Assembly: GCA_964425395.1 (NCBI GenBank)
Contig: CAYRNG010000155.1
Location: 1 to 40,316 of the forward strand
DNA: 40,316 bases
From: an uncultured Candidatus Kuenenia sp.
GTDB lineage: Bacteria > Planctomycetota > Planctomycetia > Pirellulales > UBA1268
Direction of reading: 5' to 3'
Positions 27,801-35,493 of this stretch are shown piece after piece. Numbering within the stretch: the first letter of the stretch is position 1; each line of letters begins with the position of its first letter. The notes under the pieces were generated by a model that did not search any database, was not told the origin of the DNA, and saw only the letters and a program-made list of their open reading frames with translations. The translations under genes were made by a program, and so were the position numbers.

Positions 27801-27928
27801 TCGGGCCCGCCGCCGACGGCCGGTCCGGCCAGGCAGGCCAGGGCGATGCACCGCGACCAGAGGTGGAAGGCAGGCCGGGAGAGCATTAGGCGTGGGGCGG
27901 GGAACGACTGCCTTGAAAGATCGGACAT
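24824..27928 (-). CDS. Three-domain secreted protein: PQQ-like beta-propeller + esterase (GxSxG, PF00756-like) + SMP-30/gluconolactonase-like propeller
   Basis: 1034 aa (alternative ATG at 27886). The N-terminus DWPQWRGPAGDGHA plus blades covers ~aa 40-470. An Ala/Thr/Pro linker follows. The esterase block is VYVPRQYDGKTPACVHVNQDG...IGGNSSGAICAFTAAWERPDAF. The C-terminal block is FTEGPAANARGELFFNDV...FSNGLCLSPDQTLLYVADS...GADGMRVDRDGRLYVAT...SNLCFGGPDFDHLLAT. Confidence 0.8.
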   Translation of the reverse strand: MSDLSRQSFPAPRLMLSRPAFHLWSRCIALACLAGPAVGGGPDWPQWRGPAGDGHAPAAHDLPVTWSETEHVVWKTPLVGRGWSSPVIGGGQVWVTTAIEREASPEEQARRLAGNRMAGQLAVSGPVTIRAVCLDQTTGRILHDVELFTIPDPQPIHKLNSYASPSPVLAAGRLYCHCGDFGAACIDTASGRLLWTNRELRLNHENGPGSTPVVWHDKLIVHLDGSDVQSIAAYDTATGQIAWQTPRSGVLREDPQLKKAYGTPVILTLGGREVLVSPAADWLYAYDPATGGELWKLSYGVLGFSIVPRPVTCGDLLFLSTSFMQPELLAVKLAGPDRPPEIAWREKKGVPTMSSLLVVDDLVYMVSDKGVGTCLDARTGELVWSQRLGGNFSSSPLFADGRIYAGNRDGDTFVIKPGREYELLATNHLDGGIYATPAAVGRAIFLRTEKALYRLEKPAAGAATASPSATQAQATAEPAPAGTAVPAAPPAGGTFSFTFDTSRVYPGTSREVTVYVPRQYDGKTPACVHVNQDGVQSDAPRVFDRLIDAGKMPVTIGVFVKPGVVPAARDGALPRFNRSFEYDSLGGDYATFLLDELLPAVETKVTADGRKLVLSKRGADRSIGGNSSGAICAFTAAWERPDAFSRVFSGIGTYVGLRGGHVYSTLVRKVEPKPIRVFLEDGSGDLDIYGGDWWIANQALERSLAFAGYEVKHAWGDGGHNGKHAAEVFPQAIEWLWAGWPEPPGRGRGSPQLQEILLDGEDWRLVGEGYKFTEGPAANARGELFFNDVGNSKTYRVTPEWTAEVWLEDSRRGDGQNFAPDGRLVAASAADTAILAWSPAKQPTTLAQGWRGNDLVVNSAGGIYVTEPGWDGKSPSRIHHIAPDGTDTVVDTGLRFSNGLCLSPDQTLLYVADSRSHWVWSWQVRPDGTLAHKQRYYHLHVPDTADDSGADGMRVDRDGRLYVATRMGIQVCDQAGRVNCIIPTPNGRVSNLCFGGPDFDHLLATCGDKVYVRKLKAQGAANFLPPITPAKPRL

Positions 27929-28054
27929 CCTACCCGTTCCTGAGCCCGATGTCGCTCTGGCGGCAGCCAGCTTCGAGGCCGCGAAACCGGCCTGATTTCC
28001 TCTTTTCTCGGGGTCGCCCTGCTTGCTACCTTCCCCTCATTCGACCCCGGGGCA

Positions 28055-28927
28055 GTGGCTCGTATGGCTGACAGGGCTGGCGTGATGAGAGCGACCTGCC
28101 GCGGACTTGCGGCCTGGGCGTGCCTGGTCTCTCTGACGGCCGCCGCTGAGCCGGGCGAGCCGGCTGCATTCCCGAGCTCGGTCGGCCTGCGGGTCGAGAG
28201 CACCCTCGTGGCCGGCGACAAGCCGGTGGCCCGCAGCCTGACGCTGTTTCGCGACGGGGTGGTCTGGGACTTCCTCGAATTGCCCGCGTTGGCTTCAAGC
28301 CCGCTGGCCAAGGCCCAAGGGATGCAGCTCGTCGAGATCGTGCTCCACGACCCGGCCCGCGAGCGGGTGGTGGTGATCGACCCCGTTCGCCACCTCAAGA
28401 CCGAGATTCCCCGGGTGCGGCTCGAGCGGCTGGGCGTGTCGCTGGCCACCTGGGCCCGCACGAACGACGACCGGCTCATTCGCTGGGCCGGCGGCCCCGA
28501 CTTCGAGGAGGGGTTTTGCGAGCATGACGATCGGCTGGAACTGGCCGGCCCCCGGGTCCGCTACGTGGTCCGCCATGCCGCGGCCTCGTCACCGGAGGAG
28601 GCCGCCAGCTACCGGCAGTTTGCCGACACCGCGATCCTGCTCAAGGCGCTCTTGCAGCCGGGAGGCATCCCCCCCTTCCCGCGGCTGGCGATCAACCGCC
28701 GGCTCGAGGAGGCCGGCGCGATTCCGGCCGAGGTGATCCTCGAGATCGAGCCCCGGGGCGTCTCGCTGGGGGGAGCCGCGACCAAGCTCAAGGGGGAGCA
28801 CCGCAGCCACCCGCGGATCCTGGCCGAGGACCTCGAGCGGATCGAGGAGGCCGAGGCCCAACTGGCCGCCGCCGAGCCGGTCGAGCTGGCTGAGTTCGCC
28901 GCCGCCCACGCCTCCTCCGGTCCCTGA
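28055..28927 (+). CDS. Hypothetical secreted protein
   Basis: 290 aa from a GTG at 28055 (ATG alternatives at 28064 and 28085). Signal-like RATCRGLAAWACLVSLTAAA. Composition is balanced, unlike the overlapping antisense ORFs. I recognise no motif. Confidence 0.5.
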   Translation: MARMADRAGVMRATCRGLAAWACLVSLTAAAEPGEPAAFPSSVGLRVESTLVAGDKPVARSLTLFRDGVVWDFLELPALASSPLAKAQGMQLVEIVLHDPARERVVVIDPVRHLKTEIPRVRLERLGVSLATWARTNDDRLIRWAGGPDFEEGFCEHDDRLELAGPRVRYVVRHAAASSPEEAASYRQFADTAILLKALLQPGGIPPFPRLAINRRLEEAGAIPAEVILEIEPRGVSLGGAATKLKGEHRSHPRILAEDLERIEEAEAQLAAAEPVELAEFAAAHASSGP

Positions 28928-29173
28928 TGGCCGGTTCCTGAAGCCGCTCCGGCCCCTCCCGGCGCCGCCGGCACAACAGGCACCGACGGCGCCATTGCTT
29001 GCCCGCCCAAGAAAACCTGCGCCGCCGGACGATGTTCCCTGCGGCTCACATCTTTCCCAACCCGCCGCGTCGCGACCTCCTGTCGCCCCGCAGCCGGCGG
29101 TCAGAAGGAGCGACGCGGAGGGGGCGTCGGGGGCCGGTGGACGGGAGGCGGACAAGCGGCCGCGGCCCGGGCA

Positions 29174-29203
29174 TTGACACGTGTACAGTTCCCCCGGCAT
29201 ATT
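29174..29203 (+). promoter_or_regulatory. Candidate sigma-70-type promoter of csrA
   Basis: TTGACA (29174-29179), an 18-nt spacer, then CATATT (29198-29203). It sits in the only AT-rich patch of the 313-nt gap, about 40 nt upstream of the csrA ATG. Pattern match only. Confidence 0.4.
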
Positions 29204-29240
29204 CATTCCATTCATTCCTGGTCTCACACGGAGGTTCTCC

Positions 29241-29462
29241 ATGCTCGTACTTTCCCGAAAGCAGAACGAACGGATTCGCGTCGGTGACTCGGTGGTCGTC
29301 ACCGTGGTCCGAGTCAGCGGCGACAAGGTGCGGATCGGGATCGAGGCCCCGGCCGACGTCCGGGTGCTCCGTGACGAGCTCGACGACGACAGCCTGGGCG
29401 ACGTGGCCCTCGACGCCGCCGCGGAAGTGCCGATTCCAGGATTCCTGAGGTTCGTGGGCTAG
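29241..29462 (+). CDS. csrA: Carbon storage regulator CsrA (RNA-binding translational regulator)
   Basis: Start re-set to the ATG at 29241, preceded by GGAGG (29230-29234), giving 73 aa. MLVLSRKQNERIRVGDSVVVTVVRVSGDKVRIGIEAPADVRVLRDEL is the canonical CsrA fold sequence. Confidence 0.9.
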   Translation: MLVLSRKQNERIRVGDSVVVTVVRVSGDKVRIGIEAPADVRVLRDELDDDSLGDVALDAAAEVPIPGFLRFVG

Positions 29463-29495
29463 CCTCGGGGCGGCCTGGGCCGCGACAATTCAGGG

Positions 29496-30266
29496 GTGGA
29501 CGCCGACCCGCTCATCGTGCCCCCTGCCGACGACGACTTCGAGCCGTCGCAGCCGCCCCGTCGGGGCTGGCTGCGACGGTTTCTTGTTTTCCTCCTGGCC
29601 CTGGCTCTGGTGCTCACAGCGGTGGCGGCCGGGCTCGGGATCGGGCCGCAGTTTCACCGCGAGCGGCTGGCCGTAGGCGGCCCGCTCGAGGGGCGGGCAA
29701 CAGCCGCGGCGGCCGCCACCGCCGAGCAGGATGCCCGCCGGCTGGTCACGGCCGCCTCGGCGGTGCATGCGGCGCTCCAGCGGGTCGGCCCCTGGGAGGC
29801 CCTGTTTACCGAGCGCGAGCTCAACGCCTGGCTGGCCCTCGACCTGCCTCGCAACCATGCGGGCCTGGCCGGCGACTGGGCCCGCGACGCCCGGGTCGAG
29901 CTCTTGCCCGGCCGGCTCCGGGCCGGCTGCCGGGTGGGCCGCTGGCCGCTCTCGACCGTGGCCTGGATCGAGGCCGAGGTCCGGCTGCGGGCGGCCAATC
30001 AGCTGGTGATCGCCCTCACCGATGCCCGGCTGGGCCTGGTGCCGATCCCGCGGGGGCCGATCCTCCAGGCCCTGGCCCGACGGCTCGACAGCCTGGGAAT
30101 GGTGAGCGAAATCCGCCGCCTCGAGGCCACGAGCGTGCTGGTGGTGTACATTCCCTCCACCCACGAGGCGGGCGGCGCCAGCCACTGGCTCGAATCGCTC
30201 CTGCTCGCCCCCGGCGAGGTGGCCATCGCCGGCGAGACCCGCCGCGGGCCGCCGGCCGGCCGGTGA
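29496..30266 (+). CDS. Hypothetical membrane-anchored protein
   Basis: 256 aa from a GTG at 29496. It has one TM helix, FLVFLLALALVLTAVAAGLGI, then a soluble domain. The composition is more protein-like than the antisense ORF 29490..30530. Confidence 0.5.
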   Translation: MDADPLIVPPADDDFEPSQPPRRGWLRRFLVFLLALALVLTAVAAGLGIGPQFHRERLAVGGPLEGRATAAAAATAEQDARRLVTAASAVHAALQRVGPWEALFTERELNAWLALDLPRNHAGLAGDWARDARVELLPGRLRAGCRVGRWPLSTVAWIEAEVRLRAANQLVIALTDARLGLVPIPRGPILQALARRLDSLGMVSEIRRLEATSVLVVYIPSTHEAGGASHWLESLLLAPGEVAIAGETRRGPPAGR

Positions 30267-30336
30267 GGGACGTAGGCAAGAAAGAGGATTTCGGCGGCCG
30301 CCAGGCCGGCAGGACGCGACAGGTGACACTCCGGCG

Positions 30337-31728
30337 ATGGCACGACTGACCTTTCTGGGCGCCGCCGGCGTCGTGTCGGGCTCGCGGCACCTGCTCGAGG
30401 CCGGCGGCCGGCGGGTGCTCTTCGACTGCGGGCTCTTCCAGGGCGAGAAGGAGCTCCGGCTCCGCAACTGGCAGCCGCTCGGCGTGCCTCCGGCCTCGAT
30501 CGACGCCGTCGTGCTCACCCACGCCCACATCGACCACTCCGGCTGGCTGCCCCGGCTGGTGCGGGAAGGGTTTCAAGGCCCGATCATGGCCACGCCGGCC
30601 ACGGCCGACCTCCTGCCCCTCTTGCTCTACGACTCGGCCAAGTGCCAGGCGGAGGATGCCGCCTACGCCAATCGGCACGACTATGCCAAGCACCACCCCG
30701 CCCTGCCCCTCTACGAGGAGAAGGACGTGACGGCGGCCCTGCGGCTGGTGCAGACCGGCCCCCGCGGGGTCTGGTTCGAGCCCGCGGCCGGCATCCGCTG
30801 CCGCTACCACGACGCCGGCCACATGCTCGGCAGCGGCTTCGTCGAGGTCGAGGCGGCGGCCCCCGACGAGCGGCCGGTGCGGATCGTGTTCTCCGGCGAC
30901 GTGGGCCGCTACGACGCCCCGCTCTACAAGGATCCCGCCCCACCGCCCCCCTGCGACTACCTGGTTTGCGAGAGCACCTACGGCGACCGTGACCATCCCG
31001 CCGGCCGGCCCCTGGAAGAGCTCGAGCGGGTCGTGCACGAGTCCATCGCCCGGGGCGGGCTGTTGCTCGTGGCCTCGTTCGCGGTCGGCCGGGCCCAGCA
31101 GCTGGTCTACCTGCTCCGCACGCTGATGGCCTCCGGGCGGGTGCCGGAGGTGCCGGTCTGGGTCGATTCGCCGATGGCCAGCGAGGCGATGCAGATCTTC
31201 CGCCGGCACAAAGGGGAGCACGACTTCAGCGAGGCCAAGCTGGCGGGGGTGGCCGAGGCCCTGGCCAGCCCGTTCGTGCGGATCGCCCAGACGGCCGCGG
31301 AGTCGAAGGGGATCAACGCCCACGACGGCCCCGGCATCGTGATCGCCTCCAGCGGGATGATGAACGGCGGCCGGATCCTCCACCACCTCGCCCGCCGCCT
31401 GCCCGACGAGAAGACGACCGTGCTGGTGGCCGGGTTCCAGCCCAAGGGCACCCGGGGCCGGACGCTCCTCGACGGCGCCGCCACGCTGCGGATCCACGGT
31501 CGCGACATCCCCGTCCGGGCCGCGGTGCGGCGGATCGACGCCTTCTCGGGCCACGCCGACCGCGGCGAGATCGGCCGCTGGCTGGCCGACCTGCCGGCTC
31601 CCAAGACCACCTTCCTGGTCCACGGCGAGCCGGCGGCCGCCCGGGGGATGGCCGAGTTTCTGACCACCACCCGAGGCTGGCAGGCGGTCGTGCCCCGGCT
31701 CGGGCAGACCTTCGAAGTACCGGGGTAG
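30337..31728 (+). CDS. MBL-fold metallo-hydrolase, beta-CASP (RNA-metabolising) family
   Basis: 463 aa. Motifs: LFDCG, HAHIDHSGWLP (HxHxDH), YHDAGHMLGS, CESTYGDR, and the C-terminal FSGHAD motif. Confidence 0.85.
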   Translation: MARLTFLGAAGVVSGSRHLLEAGGRRVLFDCGLFQGEKELRLRNWQPLGVPPASIDAVVLTHAHIDHSGWLPRLVREGFQGPIMATPATADLLPLLLYDSAKCQAEDAAYANRHDYAKHHPALPLYEEKDVTAALRLVQTGPRGVWFEPAAGIRCRYHDAGHMLGSGFVEVEAAAPDERPVRIVFSGDVGRYDAPLYKDPAPPPPCDYLVCESTYGDRDHPAGRPLEELERVVHESIARGGLLLVASFAVGRAQQLVYLLRTLMASGRVPEVPVWVDSPMASEAMQIFRRHKGEHDFSEAKLAGVAEALASPFVRIAQTAAESKGINAHDGPGIVIASSGMMNGGRILHHLARRLPDEKTTVLVAGFQPKGTRGRTLLDGAATLRIHGRDIPVRAAVRRIDAFSGHADRGEIGRWLADLPAPKTTFLVHGEPAAARGMAEFLTTTRGWQAVVPRLGQTFEVPG

Positions 31729-31787
31729 AGTGGCAGGATCGGTTTCCCCTCCCGTCGTTACCCCCTTTCCCCCCGCGAGCACCACCG

Positions 31788-32723
31788 ATGGCCAAGAAGA
31801 CGAGCACCCACCGGCCCCCGGCCACCCCGCCCGGCAAGGCCTGCCCGATCCTGCCCGACACCGTGCTCGGCGACGATGTGGCGCTCGTCGCCGAAAACAT
31901 GGAGCGGATCCTGGCCTCCCCGAGCTACCTCCTCGCCCAGGAAGACAAGGCTCTCCTCACGATGGAGGAGATGCGGGGCGTGCGGATGCTGCTCGAGCTC
32001 GGCAAGCCCGAGCTCGCCCTCCAGGCCGACAAGATCCACTCCACCGTGATCGTGTTCGGCGGCACCCAAATCGTCGATCGGCCGGCCGCCGAACGGCGGC
32101 TCTCGGAGGCCCGCCGGGCCGCGGCGGCCAAGCCCGATGACCGGAAGGCGGCCCGCGAGGTGGTCCGCTCGGAGCGGCTGCTCGCCCAGGCCCACTACTA
32201 TGACTCGGCCCGCCAGTTCGCCAAGCTCGTCTCGATCGACAACCAGTGCGAGAGCCAGCGGGACTACGTGGTGGTCACCGGCGGCGGCCCCGGGATCATG
32301 GAGGCGGCCAACCGGGGCGCCTTCGACGTGGGCTGCAAGTCGATCGGCCTCAACATCAAGCTGCCGGCCGAGCAGCAGCCCAATCCGTTCATCACGCCGG
32401 AGCTGTGCTTTCAGTTCAAGTACTTCGCGCTCAGGAAGTTTCACTTCATCCTCCGGGCGGCGGCCGTGGTGCTCTTCCCGGGCGGCTTCGGCACGCTCGA
32501 CGAGATGTTCGAGACCCTCACCCTCCGCCAGACCCACCGGATGCAGCCGGTGCCGATCATCCTCTTTGGGCATGACTACTGGTCGAAGGTGATCGACTTT
32601 CAATACCTGGCCGACAGCGGCGTGATCGGCGACCACCACCTCGACCTGTTCACCTACGCCGAGACGCCGGAGGAAGCCTGGCAGCAGATCCTCGACTTCC
32701 ATTCCCGGCCTCAGCAGGAGTAG
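31788..32723 (+). CDS. LOG family / TIGR00730 Rossmann-fold nucleotide-binding protein (nucleotide N-ribohydrolase type)
   Basis: 311 aa. Motifs VVTGGGPGIMEAANRGA and FPGGFGTLDEMFE are present, after a ~100-aa N-terminal extension. Confidence 0.85.
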   Translation: MAKKTSTHRPPATPPGKACPILPDTVLGDDVALVAENMERILASPSYLLAQEDKALLTMEEMRGVRMLLELGKPELALQADKIHSTVIVFGGTQIVDRPAAERRLSEARRAAAAKPDDRKAAREVVRSERLLAQAHYYDSARQFAKLVSIDNQCESQRDYVVVTGGGPGIMEAANRGAFDVGCKSIGLNIKLPAEQQPNPFITPELCFQFKYFALRKFHFILRAAAVVLFPGGFGTLDEMFETLTLRQTHRMQPVPIILFGHDYWSKVIDFQYLADSGVIGDHHLDLFTYAETPEEAWQQILDFHSRPQQE

Positions 32724-32732
32724 GAGCGGCCA

Positions 32733-33365
32733 ATGGAGTCGGTGGCACTGGTGACCGGCGGGGCCCGCGGGGTCGGGGCGGCGGCGGTGCGGGCCCTGGC
32801 GGCCCGGGGCCATGCCGTGGCGATCCACTGCCATGCCTCGCTGCGGGAGGCCCGCGAGCTGGCGGCCGAGCTGACCGCGGCCGGGGGCCAGGCCCTGGCG
32901 GTGACGGCCAACTTCCGGGAGGAGGGGGCCGTGCGGGCCATGGTGCACCGGGTCGCCGACGCCTTCGGGCGGATCGATATCGTGGCCGGCTGCGCGGGCC
33001 GGCGGCGGCCGGGCCGGCTCGAAGAGCTCGCCGGCGCTGAATTGGCCGCCGACTATGAGGTCAACGTGATCGGGCCCTTTGTCGTGGCCCAGGAGGCGGC
33101 GGCCGTGATGGCCGGCCAGCCCGAGGGGGGCCGGATCGTGGCCCTGGCCGCCGCGGGCCGGCCCGATCCCGACGCGATCGCCTTCGCCGCCAGCCAGGGA
33201 GCCCTCCCTGCCCTGATGGCGTCGCTCGCTGCCGCCTGCCGGGCCCGCCATCCACGGCTCCGGGCGGGCTGCCTGATCGTGCCCGACCCGACGCCCGAGC
33301 CGGCCGCCCTCGCGGCGCTCATGCTCGAGCGGCTCGACGAGCTTGGCCGTGTGGGCGACCCGTAG
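32733..33365 (+). CDS. Short-chain dehydrogenase/reductase-like protein with degenerate catalytic motifs
   Basis: 210 aa. The ATG at 32733 lies 9 nt after the LOG stop, with GGAG upstream. The cofactor loop VTGGARGVG is intact. Where YxxxK is expected the sequence reads FAASQGA. The stop TAG (33363-33365) lies inside a repeat unit. Confidence 0.7.
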   Translation: MESVALVTGGARGVGAAAVRALAARGHAVAIHCHASLREARELAAELTAAGGQALAVTANFREEGAVRAMVHRVADAFGRIDIVAGCAGRRRPGRLEELAGAELAADYEVNVIGPFVVAQEAAAVMAGQPEGGRIVALAAAGRPDPDAIAFAASQGALPALMASLAAACRARHPRLRAGCLIVPDPTPEPAALAALMLERLDELGRVGDP

Positions 33366-33463
33366 CCGCGGGTTTGGCCGACGGAGTTTTGCGGCCCTTG
33401 TTGGCGAACCCTAGCCGCGGGTTTTCAACCCGACGGACAGCGCGACGAAGCCAACCGGAAACG
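33362..33463. repeat. Two copies of a TAGCCGCGGGTTT..CCGACGGA motif (first part of a composite repeat)
   Basis: 33362 reads GTAGCCGCGGGTTTGGCCGACGGA. 33411 reads CTAGCCGCGGGTTTTCAACCCGACGGA. The second copy is an imperfect palindrome (CCGCGGGTT/AACCCGaCGG). Its tail, GCGACGAAGCCAACCGGAAACGC, recurs inverted at the window end. Confidence 0.5.
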
Positions 33464-33595
33464 CCTCGTCAACTGGCCGGCGGGATACAATCCCGCCGCT
33501 ACGTGGGCCTCGTCAACTGGCCGGCGGGATAGAATCCCGCCGCTACGTGGGGGCCGTCAACTGGCCGGCGGGATGATAATCCTGCCGCTACAGGC
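33464..33595 (-). repeat. Tandem array of three 44-nt REP-like units (GTAG + 9-bp stem hairpin)
   Basis: Units occupy 33464-33507, 33508-33551 (1 mismatch, in the loop) and 33552-33595 (diverged, 1-nt loop insertion). The minus-strand unit reads CCCACGTAGCGGCGGGAT-TGT-ATCCCGCCGGCCAGTTGACGAGG. The stem is CGGCGGGAT/ATCCCGCCG (33478-33486/33490-33498). There are no spacers between units. Confidence 0.8.
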
Positions 33596-35375
33596 CGGCC
33601 GGGAGGCGGATCTCGAAGGTGCTGCCTACGCCCGGGGTGCTCGCGACGGTGATGCTGCCGCCGTGGGCCTGCACGATGTGCTTGACGATCGAGAGGCCCA
33701 GCCCCGTGCCGCCGAGCTTCCGGCTGCGGGCCTTGTCGACCCGGTAGAACCGCTCGAACAGCCGGGGCAAATGCTCCTCCTTGATCCCTGTCCCCTGATC
33801 AGCCACGCGGATCACGAGCTGCTCGCCATCGGCCCCCGGCTCGCTGCCAGGTTCGCGAGCGGCCTCGAGCCGCACCTCCCGCCCCGGCTCGCTGTACTTG
33901 ATCGCGTTGTCCACCAGATTGATCACCGCCTGCTCCAAGAGCGGCGGATTGACCGCCGCCTCGAGCGTGTCGGGGCAGTGCGTCTCCAGCCGGATCGACC
34001 GCTCGATGGCCCGGGGGCCGCAGTCGACGAGCGCCGCCCGGAACACCTCGGCGATCCGGGTCGGCTCGAGGGGCAGGTTGCCCGCCCCCTCGCTCTGCTC
34101 GATCCGCGACAAAGCCAGCAGGTCCTCGATGATCGAGGCCAGCCGATCGGCCTGCCGCCCCACGATCTCGAGGAACCGGCGGGCGTTCCCCGGATCCTCC
34201 ACCGCCCCGTCGAGCAGCGTTTCCACGAAGCCCTTGATCGAGGCGACGGGGGTCTTGAGCTCGTGGGAGACATTGGCCACGAAGTCCCGCCGCACCGTCT
34301 CCAACCGCTCGATGTCGGTCACGTCGTTGAGCACGATCACCGCCCCCCCCTCCCCCGAGACGTCGCGGAGGGCCGTGCCCCGCAGCCGGATCGTGCGGTC
34401 CCGCTGGCCGCGGAGGACCAGGTCGTCTTCGACGGGCTCGCGGCAGTCGATCGCCAGGAGGGCGAACCGCCGGAGGTCGGGATTGCGAACCACCTCCTGG
34501 AGCGGCCGCCGGAGCACGTCCTCGAGATCGACGCTCAACAGGTCGGCCGCCGCCCGGTTCATCCCCACGATCCGCTGCCGGGCGTCGATCGCCAAGACCC
34601 CCTCGATCATGCTGCCGAGCACCGCCTCCTGCTGCGTCCCCTGCCGGCCGATGGTGAGGCCGCGTTCGACGAGCTGCTCCCGCAGCCGGCCGAAGGCGGC
34701 GGCCAGCCCGGCCACCTCGGCCAGGTCGGTGTGGGGCAGGGCCGCCTCGACCTCGCCGCCAGCCAGCCGGCCGGCGGCCTCGCAGAGGGCCTCGACCGGC
34801 TGGGCCGCCCGCCGGGCCACGAGCCAGCCTCCGGTGATCGCCGCCGCGGCGGCCGCCGCCAGCCCGCCGGCCAGCCGGGCCTGGGCCCGCCGTAGCGATT
34901 CGTCGGCCGCGGAGGTGTCGGCCGAGAGCGCGACGATCCGCCGGGGGGACTCGCCCGGCCCGCCCGCGGGCACGGCCACCACCAGCCGGCGGCGGCCGGT
35001 GGCGATGTCGTAGCGGGTGTCGCTGGCCGGGCGTCCGCGGCGGGCCTCGGCCACGAGCGGCCCCATCAACCGGCTCCCGTCAGCCTGCCCCGGCTCGCCG
35101 TCGAGCGAGCCGCCGTCGCCGGTCAGCACGCTTACCTCCAGGTCAGCCGCTGCCGTGAACCGCTCGAGCTCGCGGCGGAAGTTGCTGCCTGAGGGCTCGG
35201 CCTCGCCGAGCAGTCCGGCCAGCCCGCGGCCCAGTTCGAGCAGCCGCTGCCGCTGGGCCTCGGTCGCCAATCGGGCCAGCTGCACGCTCCCCAGCCAGAG
35301 GCAGCCGGCCAGCACCACGGCCACCAGTCCGCACCAGCCGGCGAACAGGTGCCAAGTGAGCCGGGTGCGGGGCAT
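33588..35375 (-). CDS. Sensor histidine kinase, PhoR-like (2 TM, HAMP, PAS, HisKA, HATPase)
   Basis: 595 aa. H-box HELKTPVASIKGFVETLLDG, N-box LVDNAIKYS, G1 DQGTGI, G2 GGTGLGLSIVKHIV. TM helices lie near aa 10-30 and 170-190. Confidence 0.9.
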   Translation of the reverse strand: MPRTRLTWHLFAGWCGLVAVVLAGCLWLGSVQLARLATEAQRQRLLELGRGLAGLLGEAEPSGSNFRRELERFTAAADLEVSVLTGDGGSLDGEPGQADGSRLMGPLVAEARRGRPASDTRYDIATGRRRLVVAVPAGGPGESPRRIVALSADTSAADESLRRAQARLAGGLAAAAAAAITGGWLVARRAAQPVEALCEAAGRLAGGEVEAALPHTDLAEVAGLAAAFGRLREQLVERGLTIGRQGTQQEAVLGSMIEGVLAIDARQRIVGMNRAAADLLSVDLEDVLRRPLQEVVRNPDLRRFALLAIDCREPVEDDLVLRGQRDRTIRLRGTALRDVSGEGGAVIVLNDVTDIERLETVRRDFVANVSHELKTPVASIKGFVETLLDGAVEDPGNARRFLEIVGRQADRLASIIEDLLALSRIEQSEGAGNLPLEPTRIAEVFRAALVDCGPRAIERSIRLETHCPDTLEAAVNPPLLEQAVINLVDNAIKYSEPGREVRLEAAREPGSEPGADGEQLVIRVADQGTGIKEEHLPRLFERFYRVDKARSRKLGGTGLGLSIVKHIVQAHGGSITVASTPGVGSTFEIRLPAGL

Positions 35376-35493
35376 GCGAGTCGGACCGTGCTGGGCGCGT
35401 GGAGGAGGGAGCGCGACAGCTGGATATCGTAGGCCCGGGCCGCCGGCACGGGCTATCGGAAGCTGGAACTGCAGCGGCTTCAGGATAGTCCGT

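Noticed and set aside
33464-33595. Possible CRISPR array, because of the regularly repeated 44-nt palindromic units
   Set aside because: The units abut directly with no spacers. There are only three copies, the third is diverged, and no cas genes are in the window. The structure fits REP-like tandem repeats instead.
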